Shown here piece by piece: positions 1 through 9,087 of a stretch of DNA of 64,000 nt. The position numbers and the translations under genes are program-made. Origin of the DNA: an uncultured Gemmatimonadaceae bacterium (lineage in GTDB: Bacteria; Gemmatimonadota; Gemmatimonadetes; Gemmatimonadales; Gemmatimonadaceae); assembly GCA_963761305.1 (NCBI GenBank), contig CAVXGK010000002.1:2144001-2208000 (forward strand), read 5' to 3'. How positions within the stretch are numbered: the stretch's first letter is position 1; each line of letters opens with the position of its first letter. The notes under the pieces are model-generated. The model was not told the DNA's origin. It ran no database searches and saw only the letters and a program-made list of their open reading frames with translations.

Positions 1-1442
1 TCGCGCAGCTTGAACGCGACCGGCAACACGCCCGCCGCTTCGGTGAGGCCGGTCGGGCCGATCGCGCCGCCGGGTGGATGCCCCGGATCGACGGTGATCG
101 TGAGTCCCTCGAGCGGGCGCTCGGCGGTCACGCGCGGCGGGCGCCGCAGTCGCAGCACGAATCCGCGCGCGTCGAACAGCACGAGGTAGCCGAACGGGGC
201 ACGCGCCAGCTCGATGTCGAGACGCGTGCGGTCCGAGCCCACCGGAACCCAGTTGACCACGGTGATGAACGGGTCGTTCTGGAAATACTTGATCGTCTCG
301 GGCGACGCCTGCGTTCCATAAAGCGTGAGCGACACGTGCCGAGTGTCCTGCTCGACGAGGAACGGCGGCGGCGAAGAGAGCGGCAGCACGAGATCCACCC
401 ACTCCGGCGCGGGAATGACCGACATCGCCCCGACCGTGCGGCGCGGCGTCGGATAGCCGGTGGCGAGCGACTTCACGTTCGCCGAATCGACCCACACCTC
501 GAGCTGCGAGTCGAGTCGCACGCGCACGTTGTCACCGATGCGTCCCGTCTCGACGACGATCGTGCCGGGGACGAACATCCATTTGTACGTCCCGCCGGGC
601 GTCGCACGGCCGATGACCGTCTCGTCGGTGTCACGATCGGCAATGGGATCGCCCAGCATGACAGGTTGTGGCGGCCGCGGCTCATAGATACGGGACAGCT
701 CGAGGCGGACCGTTTCGTCGCCGCGCGTGACGACGAGCTGGCCGCCGGCGCGCAGATCCGCCGCGCGCACGTCGGTGGCGAACGTGTTCCCGCCCAGGAA
801 GACGAGCGGTTGATTCATGGTCTTGGTGACGACGGCGGCGTCGGCGTTGGCCGGCGCCCGCACACTCACGCGAACGAGCTCGTCGTCGCGCAACGCACGG
901 TAGCTGCCGCGCGGCTGAACGCTCGACGAATCGACGACGAGGCGGCCGGTTGTCGAGAGGTCGGGCCGCGCAGGCGGCACGCGGACGCGGATGACCGATT
1001 CCACACTGTCGGTCCCGGTCCGCGCGACGAGCTCGTAGCGCGGTGCATTCGGCGGCGGCACCGGCAGATAGGCGAGGAACGCACCGTTCGGCGCGACTGG
1101 CACCGGCGTTCCATTGATCGTGAGGTCGGCGTGTCCATTGCCGACCGATCCGAAGATGAAGTTCGAGTCGCGAACGCTGATCGCTTCGTTCGAGGAGGGA
1201 AACTCGACTTTGATCGAGACCGGCCCGTCGACGAGCGGAATCGGCGGGAGCGGCCGCGGCGCGGCGTTGCGGTCACCGGCCGGCGCGACCGGCGCCGGTG
1301 CGGGCGGATTCGCGGCGGCGGGCTTGGGCGCCGGCGCGGGGGTGGGGGTGGCTGGGGCCGGCGGCTGTGGCCGCGGAGGCGAACTGCACGCCGCGGCGAA
1401 ACAGAGGGTCGACGCGATCGAGACGACGCGCGCGGTTCGCAT
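1..1442 (-). CDS. N-acetylmuramoyl-L-alanine amidase (Amidase_3), lipoprotein; 3' end runs off the window
   Basis: Not in the ORF track; translated by hand from ATG at 1442: MRTARVVSIASTLCFAAACSSPP (lipobox-like AAAC), Pro-rich linker, and near the window edge LEGLTITVDPGHPPGGAIGPTGLTEA (Amidase_3 DxGH...E motif). Confidence 0.8.
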   Translation of the reverse strand, partial: MRTARVVSIASTLCFAAACSSPPRPQPPAPATPTPAPAPKPAAANPPAPAPVAPAGDRNAAPRPLPPIPLVDGPVSIKVEFPSSNEAISVRDSNFIFGSVGNGHADLTINGTPVPVAPNGAFLAYLPVPPPNAPRYELVARTGTDSVESVIRVRVPPARPDLSTTGRLVVDSSSVQPRGSYRALRDDELVRVSVRAPANADAAVVTKTMNQPLVFLGGNTFATDVRAADLRAGGQLVVTRGDETVRLELSRIYEPRPPQPVMLGDPIADRDTDETVIGRATPGGTYKWMFVPGTIVVETGRIGDNVRVRLDSQLEVWVDSANVKSLATGYPTPRRTVGAMSVIPAPEWVDLVLPLSSPPPFLVEQDTRHVSLTLYGTQASPETIKYFQNDPFITVVNWVPVGSDRTRLDIELARAPFGYLVLFDARGFVLRLRRPPRVTAERPLEGLTITVDPGHPPGGAIGPTGLTEAAGVLPVAFKLR

Positions 1443-1534
1443 GCGAGGGGAAAGGTATTCCGATCTGATAGGGCGACGGTAGGACGCTTCGCATCGTCCC
1501 CGGGACGTTGCGCAACGCTCGACGGTGCAATTGA

Positions 1535-1564
1535 TTGACCACGCCATGCCGGTCGGTCTATATT
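1535..1564 (+). promoter_or_regulatory. Putative sigma70-type promoter for the PP2C gene
   Basis: TTGACC (1535-1540), 18-nt spacer, TATATT (1559-1564) in the divergent intergenic region. Confidence 0.4.
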
Positions 1565-1637
1565 CGCGGGCCTTGCTCGTTTCGAGCCCCGGCATTTCCT
1601 CGGCCTTCCCCGTATCTCCTCCCTGACCAGCAGGCCC

Positions 1638-2873
1638 GTGACGCCGAACCCCGACGCGACTGGCGACGGCATCGTCGTGCATGTGTTCGGCAGGACAGAC
1701 GTAGGGCGGACGCGAGAGCACAACGAGGACGCGTTCGTCATCGCCGACCTGACGGCCAACGACGCGACGCTGCCGGCGACGATACGCAAGCAGTCGGCGA
1801 GCCCCAAGGGATCGCTGTTCATGGTAGCCGACGGCATGGGCGGCGCCGCCGCGGGCGAGATCGCCAGCGCGATGGCCGTCGACGTAATCCTCGGCGAGAT
1901 CCGTTCGAACTGGATCACGTCGCCGGCCACCGACGCGGAGTCGTTCGTCCGCGCACTCAAGAGCGCGACCAAGAACGCCAACGAACGGATTCACACCTAC
2001 GCGTCGCAACACGCCGAGTACCGCGGGATGGGCACCACGGCGACGATCGCGGGGCTGCTCGGCGACACGCTGTACCTGGCTCAGGTCGGCGACTCGCGCG
2101 CGTATCTCGTGCGGCGGGGCATCGCGCGGCAGATCACGAAGGATCAGTCGCTGATGCAGAAGCTGGTCGAGGCGGGCGAGCTTACCGAGGAAGAAGCGGA
2201 GCACAGCGAGCGGCGCAACATCATCTTGCAGGCCCTCGGGCCCGAGCAGACGATCCGGGTCGATCTCACGCACCAGACGGTTCGCCAGGGCGACGTGCTC
2301 GTGTTGTGCAGCGACGGCCTTTCGAGCCAGATCGGCAAGAACACGATTGCCGACGTGGTGACGGAACAGGACGACATCGCCGCCGCGTGCCGCGAGCTGA
2401 TTGATCTGGCGAACGCGAGGGGCGGACCGGACAACATCACGGTCATCATCGCGCGGTTCGACGGGCGAGGCCTGCTGCCGCCGAACGACACGGACGAAGT
2501 CGGGCACCAGGTGTTCCCGCTCAACAAGAACACGACACCGGTGGAGGCGATCAGCGCGCTCGACCTCGACCCGCGTGTGTTCCCGACCGAAGAGATGGAA
2601 GCCCCCGGCGTCCCGGGCGAAACCGCCGACGAGATGGGAGATCGCCGGTCGACGCCGCCCGGATCGCGCTCGATTTCAGCGGCGCCGAGCGATCTGCGGA
2701 AATACACGCCGGCGAGAGCCGCGACGCCGCCCGAAGTGCCGGTCGTGTCGGACGCGCGGCGCAGCGCGGGACGAACGATCTCGCTCGCGCTGCTCATCGC
2801 GCTGATCCTCGGCGCGCTGTGGTTTCTATATCACACGATTACGACCGTGACCGGTGCTCCGCCTGGCAAGTGA
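1638..2873 (+). CDS. PP2C/Stp1-family Ser/Thr protein phosphatase with C-terminal TM anchor
   Basis: Motifs TDVGRTREHNED, VADGMGG, GMGTT, VGDSRAY, LCSDGL, GGPDNIT; hydrophobic C-terminal helix. Confidence 0.93.
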   Translation: MTPNPDATGDGIVVHVFGRTDVGRTREHNEDAFVIADLTANDATLPATIRKQSASPKGSLFMVADGMGGAAAGEIASAMAVDVILGEIRSNWITSPATDAESFVRALKSATKNANERIHTYASQHAEYRGMGTTATIAGLLGDTLYLAQVGDSRAYLVRRGIARQITKDQSLMQKLVEAGELTEEEAEHSERRNIILQALGPEQTIRVDLTHQTVRQGDVLVLCSDGLSSQIGKNTIADVVTEQDDIAAACRELIDLANARGGPDNITVIIARFDGRGLLPPNDTDEVGHQVFPLNKNTTPVEAISALDLDPRVFPTEEMEAPGVPGETADEMGDRRSTPPGSRSISAAPSDLRKYTPARAATPPEVPVVSDARRSAGRTISLALLIALILGALWFLYHTITTVTGAPPGK

Positions 2874-2888
2874 TGGCTACTCCTGGCC

Positions 2889-3110
2889 GTCTTAGGCTAG
2901 TCGCGGGGCTGAGATCAACGGTGACACAAGACACAAACGGATTGAACTGAAACAAACGGAAAGGTCTTTGGGAACTGCGACGGGGGTGTCGACTCGCGGT
3001 TCCAAAAGACAAAAGAATTTGCTGTCTCCGTTGGTTTCCGTTTGATCCGTTTGTGTCGGTTTATCCCGCGACTGCTCGCCCGCGTGAACCAGGGTTCCCG
3101 TCCCCAAGAC
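2889..3110. repeat. Long imperfect palindrome (family A, REP-like) between convergent genes
   Basis: Arm GACACAAACGGATTGAACTGAAACAAACGGAAA (2930-2962) pairs with its inverted copy ending at 3057; nested inner hairpin GTCTTTGGGAACTGCGA...TCGCGGTTCCAAAAGAC. Confidence 0.8.
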
Positions 3111-3120
3111 CTCGCCGGAC

Positions 3121-4251
3121 TCACGCCGGCGTGAGCTTGCCAAGCATGCGGAGACCGCGCGCGCCGGTGGCTCGCGGAACGTTGGCCGGGCGCGATTCGA
3201 GATGGAGATGCGCGAGGAGTGCGAAGGCGACGGCTTCCTTGGCTTCGCCGTCGAAATAGCGCTCGGCGAATTGGCGCACCGTGATCGGCGCGACGGCCTG
3301 CGCGATCATGCGGACGAGGGTCGCGTTCTTGGCGCCGCCGCCGGAGAGGAGCACCTCGGTGACGGGCTCCGGCAGGAATCGGCGATACGACTCGGCGATG
3401 CTGCGCGCGGTGAGCGACGTCGCGGTGGCGACGATGTCCGGCGTCGTGGCATTCGATTTCGCCTTGCGACAATCGGCGATGAGCGCCTCGGCGTACGCGC
3501 GGTCGTACAGCTCGCGGCCGGTCGACTTCGGCGGCTCGGCGGCGAAGTAGGGGTGCGCGAGGCGTGCGTCGATCACGGCGTCGATCGGCGAACCGGCGCC
3601 GGCGAGGGCGCCGTCTTGGTCGAACGTTTGCGATGGGTTGAGCATTCTCGTGACGGCGTCGATCACGGTGACACCGGGGCCGGTGTCGAACGCGCGCACG
3701 CCGGCGACGTCGCCGCCCGGCGGCACGACAGTGACGTTGCCGATGCCGCCGATGTTCTGGAGCGCGCGCCAGTCGTCGCCCGAGAAGAGGATCGCGTCGG
3801 CGATGGGGACGAGCGGTGCGCCCTGCCCTCCGGCGGCGACGTCTCTCACGCGGAAATCGCTCACGACGGAAATGCCCGTTCGCTCGGCGATCACGGCCGA
3901 TTCGCCGATTTGCCACGTTGAGTGCGGCGGGTCGTGCCAGAGCGTTTGGCCGTGTGAGCCGATGGCGCGCACCTCGCCGCGAGAAATACCGGCGTCGGCG
4001 AGCGCACCGATCGCCGCATCGGCGAGCCAGCCACCGAGGTCGAACGCGAGGTTGCAGTAGTCGCGGGCGGTTCCGCGGTCGAGCGCCGCTTCGAGCCGCG
4101 CGCGTTGCTCCGCTGTGTACGGCACGCCGCGAAAGGCGAGCAACTGCGGCTCGAGACGATGGTCGTTCGCCGCATCGGGATTGAAGCGCACGACAGCGGC
4201 GGAGATTCCGTCGAGCGACGTGCCCGACATCAATCCGATATAAACGCTCAC
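3121..4251 (-). CDS. anmK: Anhydro-N-acetylmuramic acid kinase
   Basis: IGLMSGTSLDG, GSHGQT, DFRVRDVAAGGQGAPLVP, NIGGIGN, FDTGPG, PPKSTGRE, SGGGAKN, KEAVAFA. Confidence 0.96.
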   Translation of the reverse strand: MSVYIGLMSGTSLDGISAAVVRFNPDAANDHRLEPQLLAFRGVPYTAEQRARLEAALDRGTARDYCNLAFDLGGWLADAAIGALADAGISRGEVRAIGSHGQTLWHDPPHSTWQIGESAVIAERTGISVVSDFRVRDVAAGGQGAPLVPIADAILFSGDDWRALQNIGGIGNVTVVPPGGDVAGVRAFDTGPGVTVIDAVTRMLNPSQTFDQDGALAGAGSPIDAVIDARLAHPYFAAEPPKSTGRELYDRAYAEALIADCRKAKSNATTPDIVATATSLTARSIAESYRRFLPEPVTEVLLSGGGAKNATLVRMIAQAVAPITVRQFAERYFDGEAKEAVAFALLAHLHLESRPANVPRATGARGLRMLGKLTPA

Positions 4252-5183
4252 GCGGACGCGTCTGGCGTCGGGACAGGCGGCGGCGGGCGATTCACGGCGC
4301 GCCGGGTCACGCCGCCGGCGGCGACGAGCGCGCGCTCGGCGTCGGCGCGTGAGGCCTTCAGGAAGTGCATGACGATGGCCGTCTTCACGACGCCGCCCGC
4401 GTCGTTCAGCAGCCGGCGCGCGCCGGCGCGGTCGACCTCGCAGACTTCCATGAGAATTCTCTCACTGCGGTCCTCGAGCTTCTTGTTAGTGGCGCGCAGG
4501 TCGACCATCAGGTTGCCGTACGTCTTGCCCAGCCGGATCATGGCGCCGGTCGTGATCATGTTGAGCACGAGCTTGGTGGCGGTGCCGGCCTTCATGCGCG
4601 TCGAGCCGGTGACGACCTCCGGGCCGGTGAGCGGCAGGATCAGGATGTCGACGAGGTCGAGTGTCTCTTGAGGAGGAGGGGAGCACGCGACGAGGGCTGT
4701 CGCCGCGCTGACGACACGGGCATGTTCGAGCGCGCGTCGCACGTAGGGGGTCGTTCCGGACGCGGCGATGCCGATGACGAAATCGCCTTCCCGCACGCCG
4801 TGGCGGGCGAGATCCTCGTCGGCGCTCTCGATCCGATCTTCGGCGCCTTCCTGCGAGCGGGTGAGCGCGGGCGGTCCGCCGGCGATGATGCCCTGCACCA
4901 TCTCCGGGTCGGTGCCATAGGTCGGTGGACACTCGGAGGCGTCGAGCACGCCGAGCCGTCCGGACGTTCCCGCGCCGACGTAGAAGAGGCGTCCGCCGCG
5001 GCGGAAGGTCGCTTCGGCCGTCTCGATGGCGCGGGCAATTTGTTCTCTTTGTGCGCCGACGATGGCGGGAACGGTCTCGTCTTCGGCGTTTATAAGGTCG
5101 ACGATTTCGAGCGGCGTTGCGAGATCGATCGCGGCCGTGCGCACGTTGCGGCGCTCGGTGAGCCGCGAGTCGAGGAACGTCAT
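4248..5183 (-). CDS. murQ: N-acetylmuramic acid 6-phosphate etherase
   Basis: TERRN, GAGTSGRLGVLDASECPPTYG, GIAASGTTPY, GPEVVTGSTRMKAGTATK, GNLMVD; start taken at MTFLDSRL; overlaps anmK by 4 nt. Confidence 0.96.
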   Translation of the reverse strand: MTFLDSRLTERRNVRTAAIDLATPLEIVDLINAEDETVPAIVGAQREQIARAIETAEATFRRGGRLFYVGAGTSGRLGVLDASECPPTYGTDPEMVQGIIAGGPPALTRSQEGAEDRIESADEDLARHGVREGDFVIGIAASGTTPYVRRALEHARVVSAATALVACSPPPQETLDLVDILILPLTGPEVVTGSTRMKAGTATKLVLNMITTGAMIRLGKTYGNLMVDLRATNKKLEDRSERILMEVCEVDRAGARRLLNDAGGVVKTAIVMHFLKASRADAERALVAAGGVTRRAVNRPPPPVPTPDASA

Positions 5184-5250
5184 GTCGCCGCCTAACTTAC
5201 GCGGAGTCGTGCGCGGCCCGCAACACAATAGAGCGGAGGGGTCAGGGGTC

Positions 5251-5916
5251 ATGCGTTATGGTATCGCGATCACGACTTTCTGTGGGTGCGCCGCCCTCTG
5301 CGCGGCGACGGGTGCGGCGCAGTTCCCCCACCGAGGGAGCGGCGGCATCGCCTCCGACCCCGACTACTGGGTCGGCCTCGAGTACGGCTATCAGGGCGGC
5401 ATGACGGTGAACGACGCGAGCGGCGCCCAGTGGCAGATCGGCTACACGTCGCAACTGCGGGCGACCGTTGCGAAGACGATCGCACACCAAGTCTCGATCG
5501 GTGTGGCCGCGGCCTTCTCGACACCGACCCTGAACTACCTCCCCGGCATTGACGGCACCGGCAACAGCTTCACGTGCAACGTCGGCTGCACGGCGAAGGT
5601 CGACGTGACGCAGTGGCTGGCCTTCCTCCACTACGGAAGCGGCCTGGGATTCCACGGCGTGTACAACCTCGAGGCCGGGATCACGCAGTTCGGGAATTTC
5701 CGCGAGGAATCCACCGGCGACGCGCTGCCCCCGAGCAGCTCGGCGAACGACTTCTCGTTCGGGCTCGGCGGCGGTGCGGGCTACGGGTTCACGCCGACGA
5801 TCGACGGGTACATCGCCGAGAACTTCGACCTCGTGCTGCATTCGCAGGGGGCGAACGTGACGGACGACGCACCGCGGTTCTTCACGTTCCGAGTCGGGTT
5901 CCGAGCCGGGTTCTAG
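5251..5916 (+). CDS. Exported protein, probable small outer-membrane beta-barrel
   Basis: Signal peptide MRYGIAITT...AGAAQ, alternating aromatic beta-strands, C-terminal FRVGFRAGF. Confidence 0.6.
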   Translation: MRYGIAITTFCGCAALCAATGAAQFPHRGSGGIASDPDYWVGLEYGYQGGMTVNDASGAQWQIGYTSQLRATVAKTIAHQVSIGVAAAFSTPTLNYLPGIDGTGNSFTCNVGCTAKVDVTQWLAFLHYGSGLGFHGVYNLEAGITQFGNFREESTGDALPPSSSANDFSFGLGGGAGYGFTPTIDGYIAENFDLVLHSQGANVTDDAPRFFTFRVGFRAGF

Positions 5917-5979
5917 CGCGGTGGCGGGGAGACGCCGTACGGGGACTTGTCGTGGCGCTCGAGAGCCGCGGGGAACACT

Positions 5980-6228
5980 GACACCAACGGATTGAACTGG
6001 AAGGAACGGAAACGGCAAAGACCCTTGGGGAACGGCACACCCATCGGGACGGCGCCCAGCCCCCCGAGGCTGTTCCCCAAGGGTTCAATCCGTTTGTTTC
6101 CGTTTCACCCGTTTGTGTCCGTGTCACAGTCGTCGATGCTCGGCCGCCGCGCGGTTCGAGACTCGCGCGCCAATACTGGCATCTACGAGGGAAACAGACA
6201 CAAACGGATTGGACGGACACAACGGAAA
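5980..6228. repeat. Family A palindrome plus a third arm copy
   Basis: GACACCAACGGATTGAACTGGAAGGAACGGAAA (5980-6012) inverted at 6089-6119; inner ACCCTTGGGGAACGGC...GCTGTTCCCCAAGGGT; extra arm GACACAAACGGATTGGACGGACACAACGGAAA (6197-6228). Confidence 0.8.
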
Positions 6229-6269
6229 CGACGACAGCCGTTGGCACAAAACTCCTCGTTGGGGCCAAT

Positions 6270-8069
6270 ATGAGAAGACTATTGTTGCCCGTGGGCGCCT
6301 GTTTCCTGCTCGGTGCGTGCCGGCATGCGGGGGGACCGGCGTCGGGAGCGACGGACGTCGGCCTGCCGACGACCGATGCGCGTGGGGCGGCGAACTATAC
6401 CGGCGAGTTCCGGAAGCCGTCGTTCCCCGAGGCGTGGCCGTACAAGGCGGGGCGTGCGGCGGTGTTCGGCCAACACGCGATGGTGTCGAGCGACGCGCCG
6501 TTGGCGAGCGAAGCCGGCGCCAAAATCCTCGAAGCGGGCGGGAACGCGGTGGACGCGGCTGTGGCGACGGCGTTCGCGATGGCGGTCGTCTTTCCCGAGG
6601 CGGGCAACATCGGCGGCGGCGGATACATGTTGATCCGCATGGCCGACGGTCGCTCGGCGGCGCTCGACTTTCGCGAGGTCGCGCCGGCCGCCGCGTCGCG
6701 CGACATGTATCTCGACGAGCACGGGAATCTCACGCGGAACAGCGTCGTCGGTCCGTTGGCGAGCGGCGTGCCGGGATCGGTGGCCGGCTTGACCGAGGCG
6801 CTGGCGAAATACGGGACGATGTCGCTCGCCGACGTGATGGCGCCGGCGATCAGGTATGCCGAAGACGGGTTCATCGTCGACGCCGCGATGCAGCATTCGA
6901 TCGACAGCAACTGGCGGTTGATCTCGCAGTTCAGCGGCGGTGATTTGTTCGGGCCATTTCACTCGACACCCGGAAACCCGAACAAGGGAATCGGGTTGCG
7001 GATCAGGCAGCCGCAACTCGGGCGCACGCTGCGCCTCATCGCGCGCGAGGGCGCGGAAGGTTTCTACGCGGGGCAGACCGCCGAGTATATCGCGACACAG
7101 GAGAAACGCGACGGCGGGATCATCACGCTCGCGGATTTGGCGCGGTACAAGCCGGTGTGGCGCACGCCGATCGCGTCGACGTATCGGGGCTACACGCTGA
7201 TCACGATGCCGCCGTCGTCGTCGGGCGGCGTGACGGTGACGGAGACGCTGAATATTCTCGAGGGATTCCCGAAGCCGGCGCCATTCGGCAGCGCGGAGTA
7301 CGCCCACATCCTCGGCTCGGCCTATCAGCGCGCGTTTGTGGACCGGAACGAGAAGCTCGCCGACCCGGCGTTCGCGCAGGTGCCGCTCAATCAGCTCACC
7401 GACAAGAAGTACGCGTCGAAGCTGCGGGCGACGATCGGCAACGATCGCGCGACGCCGACGCCGGCCGTGGCGAAGGAGATGCGCGAAGGAGCGCAGACGA
7501 CGCACTTCTCGGTGGCCGACTCGCACGGCAATGCCGTCGCGACCACGACGACGCTCAACGCGCTGTACGGATCCGGCGTCTACATCCGCGACGGCGGATT
7601 CTTCATGAACGACGAGATGGACGACTTCGCCGCGGCGCCGGGGAAACCGAACATGTTCGGCCTGGTGCAAGGCGAGGCGAACGCGATCCAGCCCGGCAAG
7701 CGGATGCTGAGCGCGATGTCGCCGACGATCGTGCTGGACAAGGACGGCTCGCTGCTGCTCGTCGTCGGGAGCCGCGGCGGTCCGCGGATCATCACGAGCA
7801 CGTCGCAGGTGATTCTCAACGTGCTCGACCAGCACATGACGTTGTCCGACGCCGTGAGCGCGCCGCGGATTCATCATCAGGCGCTGCCGGACACGCTGTC
7901 GTTCGAGCGAAACGGCTTGTCGGACGCGGTGGTCGATTCGCTGCGCCGAATGGGTTACGGCGTCGCCCCGACGACCGGCGTCGGGTTGATCAACGCGATC
8001 ATGCGAGTGAAGGGCGGATACGAAGGGATGTCGGATCCGCGGTCGAGCGGACGGCCGGTCGGGTACTGA
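6270..8069 (+). CDS. ggt: Gamma-glutamyltransferase (lipoprotein)
   Basis: GGNAVDAAVA, NIGGGG, DFREVAP, PPSSSGG, catalytic TTHFS, NDEMDDF, PGKRMLSAMSPT, GSRGG, SDPR; lipobox LGAC. Confidence 0.96.
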   Translation: MRRLLLPVGACFLLGACRHAGGPASGATDVGLPTTDARGAANYTGEFRKPSFPEAWPYKAGRAAVFGQHAMVSSDAPLASEAGAKILEAGGNAVDAAVATAFAMAVVFPEAGNIGGGGYMLIRMADGRSAALDFREVAPAAASRDMYLDEHGNLTRNSVVGPLASGVPGSVAGLTEALAKYGTMSLADVMAPAIRYAEDGFIVDAAMQHSIDSNWRLISQFSGGDLFGPFHSTPGNPNKGIGLRIRQPQLGRTLRLIAREGAEGFYAGQTAEYIATQEKRDGGIITLADLARYKPVWRTPIASTYRGYTLITMPPSSSGGVTVTETLNILEGFPKPAPFGSAEYAHILGSAYQRAFVDRNEKLADPAFAQVPLNQLTDKKYASKLRATIGNDRATPTPAVAKEMREGAQTTHFSVADSHGNAVATTTTLNALYGSGVYIRDGGFFMNDEMDDFAAAPGKPNMFGLVQGEANAIQPGKRMLSAMSPTIVLDKDGSLLLVVGSRGGPRIITSTSQVILNVLDQHMTLSDAVSAPRIHHQALPDTLSFERNGLSDAVVDSLRRMGYGVAPTTGVGLINAIMRVKGGYEGMSDPRSSGRPVGY

Positions 8070-8150
8070 TCGCGTTTGGCTGCCGGCATTGCGGGCGGGC
8101 GAGCGAGCCGGGCTGCGAGCCATAAGCCTGAAGCAGTAGCTGTGAGCTTG

Positions 8151-8188
8151 AATAGGAAACGGGGCGCCGCAGAAACCGGCGCCCCGTT
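8151..8188 (-). terminator. Intrinsic terminator hairpin between convergent ggt and lipoprotein genes
   Basis: AACGGGGCGCCG-cagaaac-CGGCGCCCCGTT (8158-8188); on the minus strand the stem runs into TTTCCTATT. Confidence 0.65.
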
Positions 8189-8210
8189 CGACATCTCTAA
8201 CACGCGAACC

Positions 8211-9059
8211 TTACGCCTTGACCGTCGCCGCTGAGTTGAGCTTGACGACGATCGAACCGCCGGACGGTATGCAACCTTGATAGTTCGCCGTCTCGGCCGC
8301 GGCGGCGGCGCCGGCTCCGGCACCCACGACTCCGCCGATGACCGCGCCTTTGGTGCTCTTGCCGATCAGCTTCCCGGCGATCGCGCCGGCGACGGCCCCG
8401 ACGCCGACTTTCTGCGCGTCCTTGCTCCTCGGCTCGTCGCGGATTCGGTCGATCGACGCTGAGGTCACGGTGCCGTCGAGCGGAAACGTGCGTCCGCCGT
8501 ACGTCACTGAGTTCACCGCGAAGCCGATGACGACGGAATCGCCCGTGTTCTCCGCGCGCTTGAGCCGCGTGACGGTCATGTTCACCGCCGCGCCCGAGGG
8601 GATCGTCGCGCCGTTGGTGCCGGCGACAGCGCCCTCGAGCGTCGCGGTCACGTGGTCGCCGACGGCGTTTGTGTTCGTGCACACTCTGTCACTCGCGTGC
8701 AGGTTGAGCGTCGTGCCGGCGGCGATCGTTCCGACCCTTTCACGCTCCGCGGGAGTCGTCGCCGCCGCGCCGGGCGCGGGCGTCGACGGTCTCGCGTCGT
8801 GCGCTCGCGGCGGCGCCTCTCGACGCCTGTGCTCCGGTTCCGGGGCCTTCTCGGCAGTGACCGGAGCGTCCTTGAGCTGCGGCTTCGCCGCGGTGTCTTG
8901 ATTGGCCATTGCCAGATCGCGATTCAACGAGCTGTCAGCACCGAGCGCGGTGCTGTCCGGTCCCTTCTTCGCCTCAGGTTTGCACGCCGCGACAATCACT
9001 GCGGCGACGAGCAAGATCGAGGCTCCAAAACGGCGGGTATCTTTCATGGGTGGGATCAT
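8211..9059 (-). CDS. Lipoprotein with C-terminal glycine-zipper
   Basis: Lipobox VAAC, Pro/Ala-rich linker, beta-rich region, GVGAVAGAIAG...GAVIGGVVGAGAG glycine zipper. Confidence 0.75.
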   Translation of the reverse strand: MIPPMKDTRRFGASILLVAAVIVAACKPEAKKGPDSTALGADSSLNRDLAMANQDTAAKPQLKDAPVTAEKAPEPEHRRREAPPRAHDARPSTPAPGAAATTPAERERVGTIAAGTTLNLHASDRVCTNTNAVGDHVTATLEGAVAGTNGATIPSGAAVNMTVTRLKRAENTGDSVVIGFAVNSVTYGGRTFPLDGTVTSASIDRIRDEPRSKDAQKVGVGAVAGAIAGKLIGKSTKGAVIGGVVGAGAGAAAAAETANYQGCIPSGGSIVVKLNSAATVKA

Positions 9060-9087
9060 GAGAAAACCTCCTGGAGTAAGCTGAACA

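Noticed and set aside
78..1538. 486-aa plus-strand ORF
   Set aside because: Antisense shadow of the minus-strand amidase, which has recognisable motifs.
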